Below are positions 16,598 through 24,000 of a DNA stretch of 24,000 nucleotides, piece by piece. The position numbers and the translations under genes are program-made. The notes under the pieces are model-generated. The model searched no databases. It was not told the origin of the DNA and saw only the letters and a list, made by a program, of their open reading frames with translations. Origin of the DNA: Acholeplasma brassicae (GTDB lineage Bacteria > Bacillota_I > Bacilli_A > Acholeplasmatales > UBA5453); contig NC_022549.1 in the NCBI RefSeq assembly GCF_000967915.1, forward strand, positions 708,366 to 732,365. Direction: 5' to 3'. How positions within the stretch are numbered: the first letter of the stretch is position 1; each line of letters opens with the position of its first letter.

Positions 16598-17411
16598 ATA
16601 CAGTGATTTAAGATTGATTGTTCAATCGTTTGAAGAAACAAAAAATCTTGACATTAAAGATCAAGATTTACCGATGGTTTGTCAGTACATTGAGTTGAAA
16701 AAAGACTTTGACCCAAACGATATTACCATACGATTTGAACCAGTTTTACGATTAGAACCGTACGTATTTATCGAATACATTCCTTCAAAAACGCATCAAG
16801 CGTACATGAAAGAAAAAGAAAAACTGAGTCACATCGATACGTTTTATCATAGTGATTACGTCATCGAAGCAACCTTTGAACAATTTGAACCATTTAATTC
16901 GGAGCGTAGGTTACTACTTGAAAAGGCGAAAAGTTTTTGTGAACGTTTTGAAAAAGGAAAGTTCATTAAAGGGTTATATATCTTTGGTCAATATCGAACG
17001 GGAAAAACGTATCTTTTAAGTGCAATCGTCAATGAACTTGCGAAAAAAGAAGTGAACAGTATTTTTGCTTATTTCCCAGATTTGATTCGCTATTTAAAGA
17101 GTGCGATCTCTGATCATTCACTTGAAGAGAAGGTTAAAGCACTCAAAACGTGTGACCTACTCGTGTTAGATGATTTAGGCAGTGAAAACATGACCCCTTG
17201 GTTTAGAGATGAAATCTTCGGACCAATTTTGCAACACCGCTTGAGTGTTGGTCTACCGTTACTTGTTTCATCGAATCTAAACATGAAAGCATTGATTAGC
17301 ACGTACGTTGATTCAGGAAATGAAACGGATCAATTAAAAGCCACTCGTTTGGTCTCAAGAATTTATGATTTGACCGAACCGGTCGAAATGAGCCAAAAAA
17401 GATACAAATAA
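16590..17411 (+). CDS. dnaI: Primosomal helicase loader DnaI (AAA+)
   Basis: Walker A GQYRTGKTYLLSAI and Walker B LLVLDDLGSE. I chose ATG 16590 because of SD CAGGAGAG (16576-16582). It overlaps the dnaB stop by 8 nt. Confidence 0.88.
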   Translation: MIKYSDLRLIVQSFEETKNLDIKDQDLPMVCQYIELKKDFDPNDITIRFEPVLRLEPYVFIEYIPSKTHQAYMKEKEKLSHIDTFYHSDYVIEATFEQFEPFNSERRLLLEKAKSFCERFEKGKFIKGLYIFGQYRTGKTYLLSAIVNELAKKEVNSIFAYFPDLIRYLKSAISDHSLEEKVKALKTCDLLVLDDLGSENMTPWFRDEIFGPILQHRLSVGLPLLVSSNLNMKALISTYVDSGNETDQLKATRLVSRIYDLTEPVEMSQKRYK

Positions 17412-17414
17412 TGA

Positions 17415-17442
17415 TTGACAACGAATCTTAAAGTGATATAAT
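17415..17442 (+). promoter_or_regulatory. Sigma-A promoter for the thrS leader
   Basis: TTGACA (17415-17420), a 16-bp spacer, then TGaTATAAT (17434-17442). Confidence 0.8.
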
Positions 17443-17448
17443 TTAATT

Positions 17449-17660
17449 TGAAATGTGATGATTAGGACATGATTATGATTAATCAAAAGCGATGTAGAAT
17501 GGTGAAAGCTACAAACAATCAATAATTACTCCCTATGAGCAAGCTGTGAAAACAGAAGTCGTATGTCTGCGTTAAAGGCATTTGAGCGCTAGTCTTTTGA
17601 CTAGAACTAAGGTGGTACCGCGATATTTTCGTCCTTAACTTTGTTAAGGGCTTTTTTTAT
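17449..17660 (+). promoter_or_regulatory. T-box riboswitch leader (threonyl-tRNA responsive)
   Basis: Canonical T-box sequence aactaaGGTGGTACCGCG (17605-17622), preceded by Stem III ctagtc/gactag. Stem I distal loop aaTGGTGAAAg, a GA (K-turn-like) motif gtgatga, and candidate specifier ACU (17528-17530). Terminator stem gtccttaa (17631-17638) / ttaagggc (17644-17651) followed by T7. Confidence 0.9.
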
Positions 17661-17682
17661 TTTTAATAGGAGGATATAACAC

Positions 17683-19605
17683 ATGAAATTATTTTTACCA
17701 GATGGAAAATTTTTAGAAGTCGCAAACAATAGCACAGCATTTGATGTGGCTAAAGGCATTTCAATGAGTCTAGCAAAAAAAGCCGTTGCTGCAATTTACG
17801 AAGGCCAAGTCATCGAATTGAACAAACCAATTAAGGCAGATGGCCACTTTAAAATCATAACTAAAGAAGACCCTGAAGCATTTGCTGTACTGAATCATTC
17901 AAGTGCGCATTTACTTGCACAAGCCATCAAATCGATCTACCCTAACGCTTGTTTTGGTGTAGGCCCTGCGATTGACGAAGGGTTTTACTATGACGTTGAC
18001 CTTGGAGATATTAAGTTTACAGACGAACTCTTACCAGCCATTGAAAAGAAAATGGTCGAACTTTCTAAACAAGGTTTTGATATTGTGGGCAAAGAAGTCA
18101 GTTACGAAGAAGCCAAACAAATTTTTAGCAATGACGTTTATAAATTAGAATTAATCGAAGGCTTAAAAGACGATGTTATTACGGTGTATCAACAAGGTGA
18201 CTTCATTGATTTATGCCGTGGTGGTCACGTGGCTAACACAAAAGAAATCAAACACTTCAAGTTATTGAATATTGCGGGTGCGTATTGGAGAGGTAATTCT
18301 TCGAACAAGCAATTAACGCGTGTTTATGGTGTCTCATTCTATTCTAAAGAAGATCTTGATAAGCACTTAGTGATGCTTGAAGAAAGAAAAGCAAGAGACC
18401 ACCGTAAGATTGGTAAAGAAATGGGCATCTTCATGATTACTAATGAAGCTGGTGCCGGTCTACCATTTTGGTTAAAGAATGGGGCAACCATCCGCCGAAT
18501 CATTGAAAGATACATTACCGATAAAGAAATTAGTCTGGGTTATGAACACGTCTATACCCCAATTTTGGCAAATGCTGATTTATATAAGACAAGTGGACAC
18601 TGGGATCACTACCAAGATTCAATGTTCCCACCAATGGATATGGGTGATGGTGAGAAATTGGTATTAAGACCAATGAACTGCCCACACCACATGCTTATTT
18701 TTAAGGACACACTTCACTCATACAAAGAATTACCAATTCGTATTGCTGAACTTGGTATGATGCACCGCTATGAAAAGTCAGGTGCACTCTCGGGTTTACA
18801 ACGCGTACGTGAAATGACACTAAATGATGCGCATATTTTTGTTAGACCGGATCAAATCAAAGAAGAATTCACAAGAACACTGAACCTACTTCTTGAAGTA
18901 TACAAGGATTTTAAAATTACAGATTACAAATTTAGACTTAGTTACCGCGACCCAGAAAACACAGAAAAATACTTTAAAGACGATCAAATGTGGGAAGAAG
19001 CTCAAAAAATGCTTAAAGAAGCAATGGATGAGTTGAATCTGAACTATTTTGAAGCCATTGGTGAAGCGGCCTTTTATGGTCCTAAATTGGATGTTCAAGT
19101 AAAAACAGCGCTTGGAAATGATGAAACACTATCAACCATTCAATTAGACTTCTTACTCCCTAGACGCTTTGAATTAACCTACGTTGGAGAAGATGGGAAA
19201 AACGATAACACGCCAGTGGTTATTCACCGTGGTATTGTTTCAACTATGGAGCGCTTTGTTGCCTACTTAATCGAAGAGTATAAAGGCGCATTTCCATTGT
19301 GGTTGGCACCTGTGCAATTAAAAGTAATTCCGGTCAATTTAAATTTCCACGAAGACTTTGCGGTTGAATTATCGGAGATGTTTAAAAAACGAGGCATTCG
19401 TGTGGAACTTGATTTAAGAAATGAAAAACTTGGCTATAAGATTAGAGAAGCTCAAACCAAGAAAATCCCATACCAATTGGTTATCGGGGATAAAGAGGTT
19501 GATAATCGTTCGGTCACTTATCGACGTTACGGTAAGATTGATCAAACGAGTGTAGCACTTGATGAATTTATCGAACTGATCGAAAACGAAATCAATCAAA
19601 AATAA
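17683..19605 (+). CDS. thrS: Threonine--tRNA ligase
   Basis: N-terminal TGS domain. Editing-domain [10 protein letters not shown]. Class II core RPMNCPHH and [25 protein letters not shown] at 17668-17673. Confidence 0.97.
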   Translation: MKLFLPDGKFLEVANNSTAFDVAKGISMSLAKKAVAAIYEGQVIELNKPIKADGHFKIITKEDPEAFAVLNHSSAHLLAQAIKSIYPNACFGVGPAIDEGFYYDVDLGDIKFTDELLPAIEKKMVELSKQGFDIVGKEVSYEEAKQIFSNDVYKLELIEGLKDDVITVYQQGDFIDLCRGGHVANTKEIKHFKLLNIAGAYWRGNSSNKQLTRVYGVSFYSKEDLDKHLVMLEERKARDHRKIGKEMGIFMITNEAGAGLPFWLKNGATIRRIIERYITDKEISLGYEHVYTPILANADLYKTSGHWDHYQDSMFPPMDMGDGEKLVLRPMNCPHHMLIFKDTLHSYKELPIRIAELGMMHRYEKSGALSGLQRVREMTLNDAHIFVRPDQIKEEFTRTLNLLLEVYKDFKITDYKFRLSYRDPENTEKYFKDDQMWEEAQKMLKEAMDELNLNYFEAIGEAAFYGPKLDVQVKTALGNDETLSTIQLDFLLPRRFELTYVGEDGKNDNTPVVIHRGIVSTMERFVAYLIEEYKGAFPLWLAPVQLKVIPVNLNFHEDFAVELSEMFKKRGIRVELDLRNEKLGYKIREAQTKKIPYQLVIGDKEVDNRSVTYRRYGKIDQTSVALDEFIELIENEINQK

Positions 19606-19612
19606 CCTAGAA

Positions 19613-19638
19613 AGAAGCGTTTAAACGCTTCTTTTTTA
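19613..19638 (+). terminator. Rho-independent terminator of thrS
   Basis: Palindrome agaagcgtt/aacgcttct (19613-19632) followed by TTTTT. Confidence 0.88.
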
Positions 19639-19705
19639 TTTCATAAGCAAAAGCATGTATTTCATAGAATTTTTATGAATTTTTTAAAATATTGATAAAA
19701 AAAGA

Positions 19706-19733
19706 TTGTATTTTTATTTTAATATGGTAATAT
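19706..19733 (+). promoter_or_regulatory. Putative promoter of the ABC transporter operon
   Basis: TTGTAT (19706-19711), a 16-bp spacer, then TGgTAATAT (19725-19733). Confidence 0.45.
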
Positions 19734-19752
19734 AGTTACTGAGGTGATTATT

Positions 19753-20655
19753 ATGTTAGAAGTAATTAATGTAAAGAAAAACTACGGAGAACTTACCGCA
19801 GTTAAAAAACTTTCATTTGAAATAAGACCTGGCGAAGTATTTGGATTGTTAGGAACTAATGGTGCTGGTAAAACAACAACATTCAAAATGATTCTAGGCT
19901 TATTAGAACCAACCGAAGGGGAAATCCTTTTTAACGGTAAGAAAGTCAGCTACGATGACGTGGATCAAATTGGTTACATGATTGAAGAACGTTCACTCTT
20001 AGTTAAGTTGACCGTTAAGCAATTGATGCTACACTATGGACAACTCAAAGGTTTGGATAAAGACACGATCTTAAAACGTCTAGACTACTGGTTGGACCGT
20101 TTTAACGTCAAAAACTACTTGGACAAAAAAATAAGTGAGTTGTCAAAAGGTAATCAGCAAAAAATACAATTTATTTCATCGATCATTAACAACCCAAAAT
20201 TGTTGGTGCTTGATGAGCCGTTTAGTGGACTTGACCCGCTAAATACGAATAAATTTGTTGAGGTCATCAGAGATTTTCAAAAGAAAGGAACGATGATTAT
20301 ATTTTCTACTCATCAAATCGACCACGTGGAATCATTTTGTGAGCAGTTAATCGTTTTAGAAAAAGGAAATGCCGTGTTAAGTGGTAAGATTTCAGACATT
20401 AAAAAAGATTTTAAACGTCACAACATTAAAATGATTGGTGATTTTGACAAAGATACCTTGCTTACCCTTCCAGGTGTTCTTGACGTCATTATTCAACCGA
20501 ATGAGTGGATTGTTAAAATTGAGGATGAAGTGTATTCTAACGACATATTTGATTACGTCAAAACATGTAGTAACGTAAGAAAATTTGATGTCGAACAAGC
20601 GACACTTTCTGAAATATTTATTGAAAAAGTAGGTGAATCATTTGAACAAGTTTAA
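19753..20655 (+). CDS. ABC transporter ATP-binding protein (ABC-2/NatA-YhaQ-like)
   Basis: Walker A GTNGAGKTT, signature LSKGNQQK, Walker B LLVLDEPFSGLD and H-loop STHQ. ATG 19753 sits 5 nt after GAGGTGA (19741-19747). The track's GTG at 19744 lies inside that SD. Confidence 0.9.
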   Translation: MLEVINVKKNYGELTAVKKLSFEIRPGEVFGLLGTNGAGKTTTFKMILGLLEPTEGEILFNGKKVSYDDVDQIGYMIEERSLLVKLTVKQLMLHYGQLKGLDKDTILKRLDYWLDRFNVKNYLDKKISELSKGNQQKIQFISSIINNPKLLVLDEPFSGLDPLNTNKFVEVIRDFQKKGTMIIFSTHQIDHVESFCEQLIVLEKGNAVLSGKISDIKKDFKRHNIKMIGDFDKDTLLTLPGVLDVIIQPNEWIVKIEDEVYSNDIFDYVKTCSNVRKFDVEQATLSEIFIEKVGESFEQV

Positions 20656-21967
20656 GTATCTCGTCAAATATGGCATCAAAAAACGACTTGGCACGAAAGC
20701 ATTTATTATTTCTAATGCGATTTTGTTTGTGTTGATGCTCGTTGTATTTAATATCCCAAACATTATAAAAGCGTTTGATGATGGCAAACCCAATGGGGAG
20801 TTAATCTTTGTAGTCAATCAGCTTGAGAATCGTTTTACAGACAATGAGTTAATTGATAGTTTAGATAATGTATCAAGCAACTACGAAGCTTTAATGATGG
20901 ATGCTGACGTTCGATTTGAAAATTTAGTCGAATTCGATGCCGAAAATATTAACTATTTTAATTCAGCAGGGATTTTAGTATTATCTTTAAATGGGGATCA
21001 TTTACAAGCGACGTTCTATGAAAAAGAACTCGATGTACTAAACAAACAAGTATTAGAATTGACGTTAACAGAAATTCGTACGACGATTTGGGCAGAAGGT
21101 AAAACACCAGAAGAGTTAGAATTGATTAATGAATTCTTGAAACCACTTGATTTTACCGTCATCACAGAATCAGAAGATACGTCTTTAAGAGATATGATAT
21201 TAGGTATTCTTGGTATGTTAGTTTCGATTCCTGTATTCATGTTGTTAGTTATGTCTGTACAATTCGTAGGTACTGACATTATTGAGGAAAAATCGACAAA
21301 AGCCATTGAGTTTGTTATGTCAACTGTGCCACCAAGAACACACTTTCTATCAAAAATTATTGCGTCATTCGCATTCTTAATTACACAAGCGCTCTTAGTC
21401 TTGATTTACACATTGTTGGCTGGATTCATTAGCACGACGCTCTTAGGTGCACAATCTGGTGGGTCTATGAATCTTTCAGAATTGATTGGTCAGTTCACGC
21501 AAACGGATTCTAAAATCATTTCAGAGGTTTTAAGTGTATTACCACAGGCGGTTGTTGTTATGTTGTTATTTACCATCGTTGGTGGGTTGATGTACATGAT
21601 CGTTATGGCGGTTTTAGCCTCCATGTCAACGACAATGGAAGATTTCCAACAATTCCAATCACCAATGATGATTGTCATGTTAATTGGTTTCTATGGAGCG
21701 ATTTTCAGTTTTACAACAGGACCAAATGTATTCTTAAAAATACTAGGCTACATTCCTTTATTCGCACCAACACTTGTACCAACACTATTCATGAGTGGCG
21801 CAATGTCATTGCTAGATACGATTATTTCACTAGTCATATTAATCGGATTTACGGTACTGGTTTATTATCTATTAACGCCAGTCTATAAGGCATCGATCTT
21901 AAGTTATGATAACTCACCGTTTATGAAACGCATTAAAAAATTATTTAAACGTTCGAAACACTTATAA
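20642..21967 (+). CDS. ABC-2 family transporter permease (NatB/YhaP-like topology)
   Basis: N-terminal TM helix, an extracytoplasmic domain of roughly 150 aa, then about five C-terminal TM helices. I prefer TTG 20642, which is 5 nt after AGGTGA (20631-20636). GTG 20633 from the track is the alternative. Overlaps the ATPase 3' end. Confidence 0.8.
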   Translation: MNKFKYLVKYGIKKRLGTKAFIISNAILFVLMLVVFNIPNIIKAFDDGKPNGELIFVVNQLENRFTDNELIDSLDNVSSNYEALMMDADVRFENLVEFDAENINYFNSAGILVLSLNGDHLQATFYEKELDVLNKQVLELTLTEIRTTIWAEGKTPEELELINEFLKPLDFTVITESEDTSLRDMILGILGMLVSIPVFMLLVMSVQFVGTDIIEEKSTKAIEFVMSTVPPRTHFLSKIIASFAFLITQALLVLIYTLLAGFISTTLLGAQSGGSMNLSELIGQFTQTDSKIISEVLSVLPQAVVVMLLFTIVGGLMYMIVMAVLASMSTTMEDFQQFQSPMMIVMLIGFYGAIFSFTTGPNVFLKILGYIPLFAPTLVPTLFMSGAMSLLDTIISLVILIGFTVLVYYLLTPVYKASILSYDNSPFMKRIKKLFKRSKHL

Positions 21968-21973
21968 TGAAAA

Positions 21974-22000
21974 GCCTCAATCTTTGATTGAGGTTTTTTT
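21974..22000 (+). terminator. Rho-independent terminator of the ABC operon
   Basis: Stem cctcaatc (21974-21981) / gattgagg (21985-21992) followed by T8. Confidence 0.8.
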
Positions 22001-22058
22001 TGCATATTTTAAGGGAAATTGTCCTTGTCATGTTATAATTATTATTGAGGTGTTATTA

Positions 22059-23057
22059 ATGGCGACATATGATGAATTAAGAAGTCGAATTGAGACTTTA
22101 GTAGATCCTGGCTTTAAAAAAACATTAAAAGAAGTTGACGGGATCAAAAAATTAACCGTTGGACCAACCGGCGTAGTTGAAGTAGAGCTATATTTTTCTA
22201 AACCTGGTGGACCAGAAGAACAAAAATTTAAAATTGATTTGATTAAACTGGTTAAAATCGAACTTGGTTTTCCAGGGATTAAGGTCATTTTTTCAAAAAG
22301 TGAATACGTCGATCAAGACGTTAAGCAAATCAAGTACCTAGGGATTGCCTCAGGTAAAGGTGGGGTTGGTAAATCGACCGTTACAGCGAATCTTGCGGTC
22401 GCTTTGACCCGTCTAGGGAAAAAAGTAGGGATTATTGATGCCGATATTTATGGGGCAAGTATTCCTCAAATTCTAAAGGTGGACATTAAACCACTTGGTG
22501 GAACAGAAGATGATTTAATGATTCCATTGATTGGTGAAGGCATTGAAGTTATATCAACTGAATTCTTTATGCCAAGAGATAAACCAATTATGTGGCGTGG
22601 ACCTATGTTAGGGAAAATGTTATCACACTATTTTGGTGGGGTTAAATGGGCAGATGATACAGACTATGTCTTAATTGACTTGCCACCTGGAACAGGGGAT
22701 GTTGCATTAGATATCAACAAGTTTGCACAACACACGAAAATGCTAATTGTAACAACACCGCATCCAAACGCCGCACACGTCGCGGTAAAGGCTGGACTGG
22801 GTGCCCAACAAATCGGTCACGATGTGGTTGGTGTGGTCGAAAACATGAGCTATTTCTTAAATAGCTGCAGCAATAAACGAGAGTATATATTTGGATCAGG
22901 TGGCGGAAATAGTGTTGCAAATACATTAGGTGTTCAATTATTGTCACAAATTCCAATTGGTCAACCAACAGAAGGTAAATACGTGTATCAAAAAAACGAA
23001 CCCGCTGGTATCATTTACGATAACTTAGCTTCACAAGTCATCGATTTACTCGATTAA
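22059..23057 (+). CDS. mrp: Mrp/SalA/ApbC-family P-loop ATPase with N-terminal DUF59-like domain
   Basis: Deviant Walker A GIASGKGGVGKSTVTANLA, plus the DLPPGTGD motif. ATG 22059 sits 6 nt after GAGGTG (22047-22052). TGtTATAAT at 22031-22039. The track start at 21984 lies in the upstream terminator. Confidence 0.88.
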   Translation: MATYDELRSRIETLVDPGFKKTLKEVDGIKKLTVGPTGVVEVELYFSKPGGPEEQKFKIDLIKLVKIELGFPGIKVIFSKSEYVDQDVKQIKYLGIASGKGGVGKSTVTANLAVALTRLGKKVGIIDADIYGASIPQILKVDIKPLGGTEDDLMIPLIGEGIEVISTEFFMPRDKPIMWRGPMLGKMLSHYFGGVKWADDTDYVLIDLPPGTGDVALDINKFAQHTKMLIVTTPHPNAAHVAVKAGLGAQQIGHDVVGVVENMSYFLNSCSNKREYIFGSGGGNSVANTLGVQLLSQIPIGQPTEGKYVYQKNEPAGIIYDNLASQVIDLLD

Positions 23058-23064
23058 TCTTCTT

Positions 23065-23093
23065 TTTACAAGATATTTACAAAGTCTTTACAA
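23065..23093. repeat. Three phased direct repeats TTTACAA (11-bp period), a probable response-regulator operator
   Basis: TTTACA at 23065-23070, 23076-23081 and 23087-23092, spaced exactly 11 bp apart. On the complementary strand this reads TGTAAA-N5-TGTAAA-N5-TGTAAA. Confidence 0.5.
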
Positions 23094-23122
23094 GACGCCC
23101 TTTATAGGTGTCTTGTTTTTTT
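23091..23122 (+). terminator. Rho-independent terminator after mrp
   Basis: Stem caagacgcc (23091-23099) / ggtgtcttg (23107-23115), which includes one G-U pair, followed by T7 (23116-23122). Confidence 0.7.
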
Positions 23123-23199
23123 GTATAATGAGTATAGATGCGAATCGGCTATGTTATTCTATTAGTGTCTATTAAAGGTTCGTAAAGAGGGGGTAAAAA

Positions 23200-23865
23200 A
23201 TGATCTATTTCATTGAAGACGACAAATCTATCGCTTACGTCATTAAAAAAACACTCGAAAATGCCTCATATCAATATCAGTGGTTTAGTGAGTCAAAAGC
23301 ATTTTATGAAGCACTTGAAAATCAAAAGCCTAACCTCATTTTGCTGGATTTAATGCTAGGCGAAGAAAATGGGCTTGATCTTTTAATGGATTTAAAGAAA
23401 AACCCACGTAACTCGGATATTCCTATCATTATTATATCCGCTTTATCGAGTGAAATGGATGTGGTTACCGGACTTGATTTAGGTGCCGATGATTATATCA
23501 AAAAACCATTTGGTGTGCTCGAATTACTCTCTAGAATAAATAATAAGCTCAGACATTTAAAAGAGAATGAACTTAAATATCATGATTTGGTATTAAAGCT
23601 GGATAAACGTATGGCTTTATTAAATGAACAAACGCTAAATTTAACCTATAAAGAATTTGAGATTGTTAAAATACTTGTTGAAAAACGAGACCAAGCCGTT
23701 TCAAGACAAGTTTTGTTAAACCAAGTATGGGGACTAGATTTGGCCTTAGAAACTAGAACGATTGACATGCACATAAAGTCGATTAGACAAAAAATGAGTG
23801 ATATCGGATCAAAAACTCAAATCATTAGTGTACGTTCGATTGGCTACCGGTTGACGCACGAATGA
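23200..23865 (+). CDS. OmpR/PhoB-family two-component response regulator
   Basis: Receiver domain with the EDD acidic pocket, phospho-acceptor context LILLDLML, and KKPF. Winged-helix output domain (LTYKEFEIVKIL, RTIDMHIKSIRQK, SIGYRL). SD AGAGGGGG ends 6 nt before the ATG. Confidence 0.92.
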   Translation: MIYFIEDDKSIAYVIKKTLENASYQYQWFSESKAFYEALENQKPNLILLDLMLGEENGLDLLMDLKKNPRNSDIPIIIISALSSEMDVVTGLDLGADDYIKKPFGVLELLSRINNKLRHLKENELKYHDLVLKLDKRMALLNEQTLNLTYKEFEIVKILVEKRDQAVSRQVLLNQVWGLDLALETRTIDMHIKSIRQKMSDIGSKTQIISVRSIGYRLTHE

Positions 23866-24000
23866 AAAAACAATTAAATTTAACATTTTTCATGGTGCTT
23901 TTATTTTCACTAAGCTTGGTATTTGGACTGAGTGTTTCTTTTAATCAGTACCAGGAAAAAAAACGAATTCGCTCCGCTATTGTTGAAATGAGTAAAGAAG
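23862..24000 (+). CDS. Probable sensor histidine kinase, 3'-partial (only the N-terminal 46 codons are in the window)
   Basis: An ATGA overlap with the regulator stop opens an ORF that runs to the window end and is absent from the ORF track. It translates as MKKQLNLTFFMVLLFSLSLVFGLSVSFNQYQEKKRIRSAIVEMSKE, with one N-terminal TM helix. The kinase identity is inferred from position only. Confidence 0.6.
   Translation, partial: MKKQLNLTFFMVLLFSLSLVFGLSVSFNQYQEKKRIRSAIVEMSKE

Noticed and set aside
22839-22895. The Mrp/ApbC homologue lacks the CxxC iron-sulfur bridging motif (ENMSYFLNSCSNKREYIFG, against ENMS..ICSNCG in E. coli ApbC)
   Set aside because: As far as I recall, Firmicute SalA/YbaL-type Mrp proteins commonly lack the CxxC pair, so this probably reflects the subfamily. 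An alignment would confirm it.
273-22968. All minus-strand ORFs in the track (60-130 aa, for example 548-922, 7532-7912, 9226-9618, 22714-22968), plus the +-strand ORFs 337-573, 6774-6956 and 18479-18667
   Set aside because: Each is wholly embedded antisense or out of frame within a long, motif-rich plus-strand gene. None has an SD or a recognisable domain, and their compositions are low-complexity, as expected from shadow frames in AT-rich DNA.
1-24000. Scan for tRNA, rRNA, SRP RNA, CRISPR arrays, IS or transposon ends, integrases, toxin-antitoxin pairs and defence-system genes
   Set aside because: I saw no spaced direct-repeat array, terminal inverted repeats, recombinase or nuclease-type accessory ORFs, or cloverleaf-compatible sequence. 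The GGTTCG at about 23177 lacks acceptor and anticodon arms. Every sizeable ORF is accounted for by a housekeeping family, apart from the 110-aa protein reported above.

Overview
The window is AT-rich and entirely plus-strand. It looks like core housekeeping DNA from a Bacillota-type chromosome. TGA is used as a stop codon, so this is the standard code rather than the Mycoplasma code. The compact proteins, such as a 605-aa TopA, would fit a reduced-genome lineage like Acholeplasma or Erysipelotrichia, but that is inference only.

Gene order:
- ftsK (5' end off-window), lepB, rbgA, rnhB and a membrane-anchored GDPD, with start/stop overlaps at all four junctions
- topA, monocistronic
- an orphan intergenic transcription unit
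- tpx
- ftsY-ylxM-ffh
- polA-mutM-coaE, a 110-aa unknown, then Firmicute dnaB-dnaI
- a T-box leader and thrS
- an ABC-2 exporter pair
- an Mrp/SalA-type ATPase
- an OmpR-family response regulator and the start of its kinase (3' end off-window)

I found no rRNA, tRNA, CRISPR array, transposase, integrase, phage or recognisable defence genes. This is an ordinary conserved region, not an accessory island.

The most interesting signals are non-coding:
1. A self-contained promoter-to-terminator unit of about 106 nt between topA and tpx carries three AUCCCC motifs, like an RsaE/RoxS-type C-rich sRNA.
2. Three TTTACA(A) direct repeats with exact 11-bp phasing lie just upstream of the response-regulator gene. 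A related tandem repeat sits at the sRNA promoter.

Several ORF-track starts were moved to downstream starts that have Shine-Dalgarno support.
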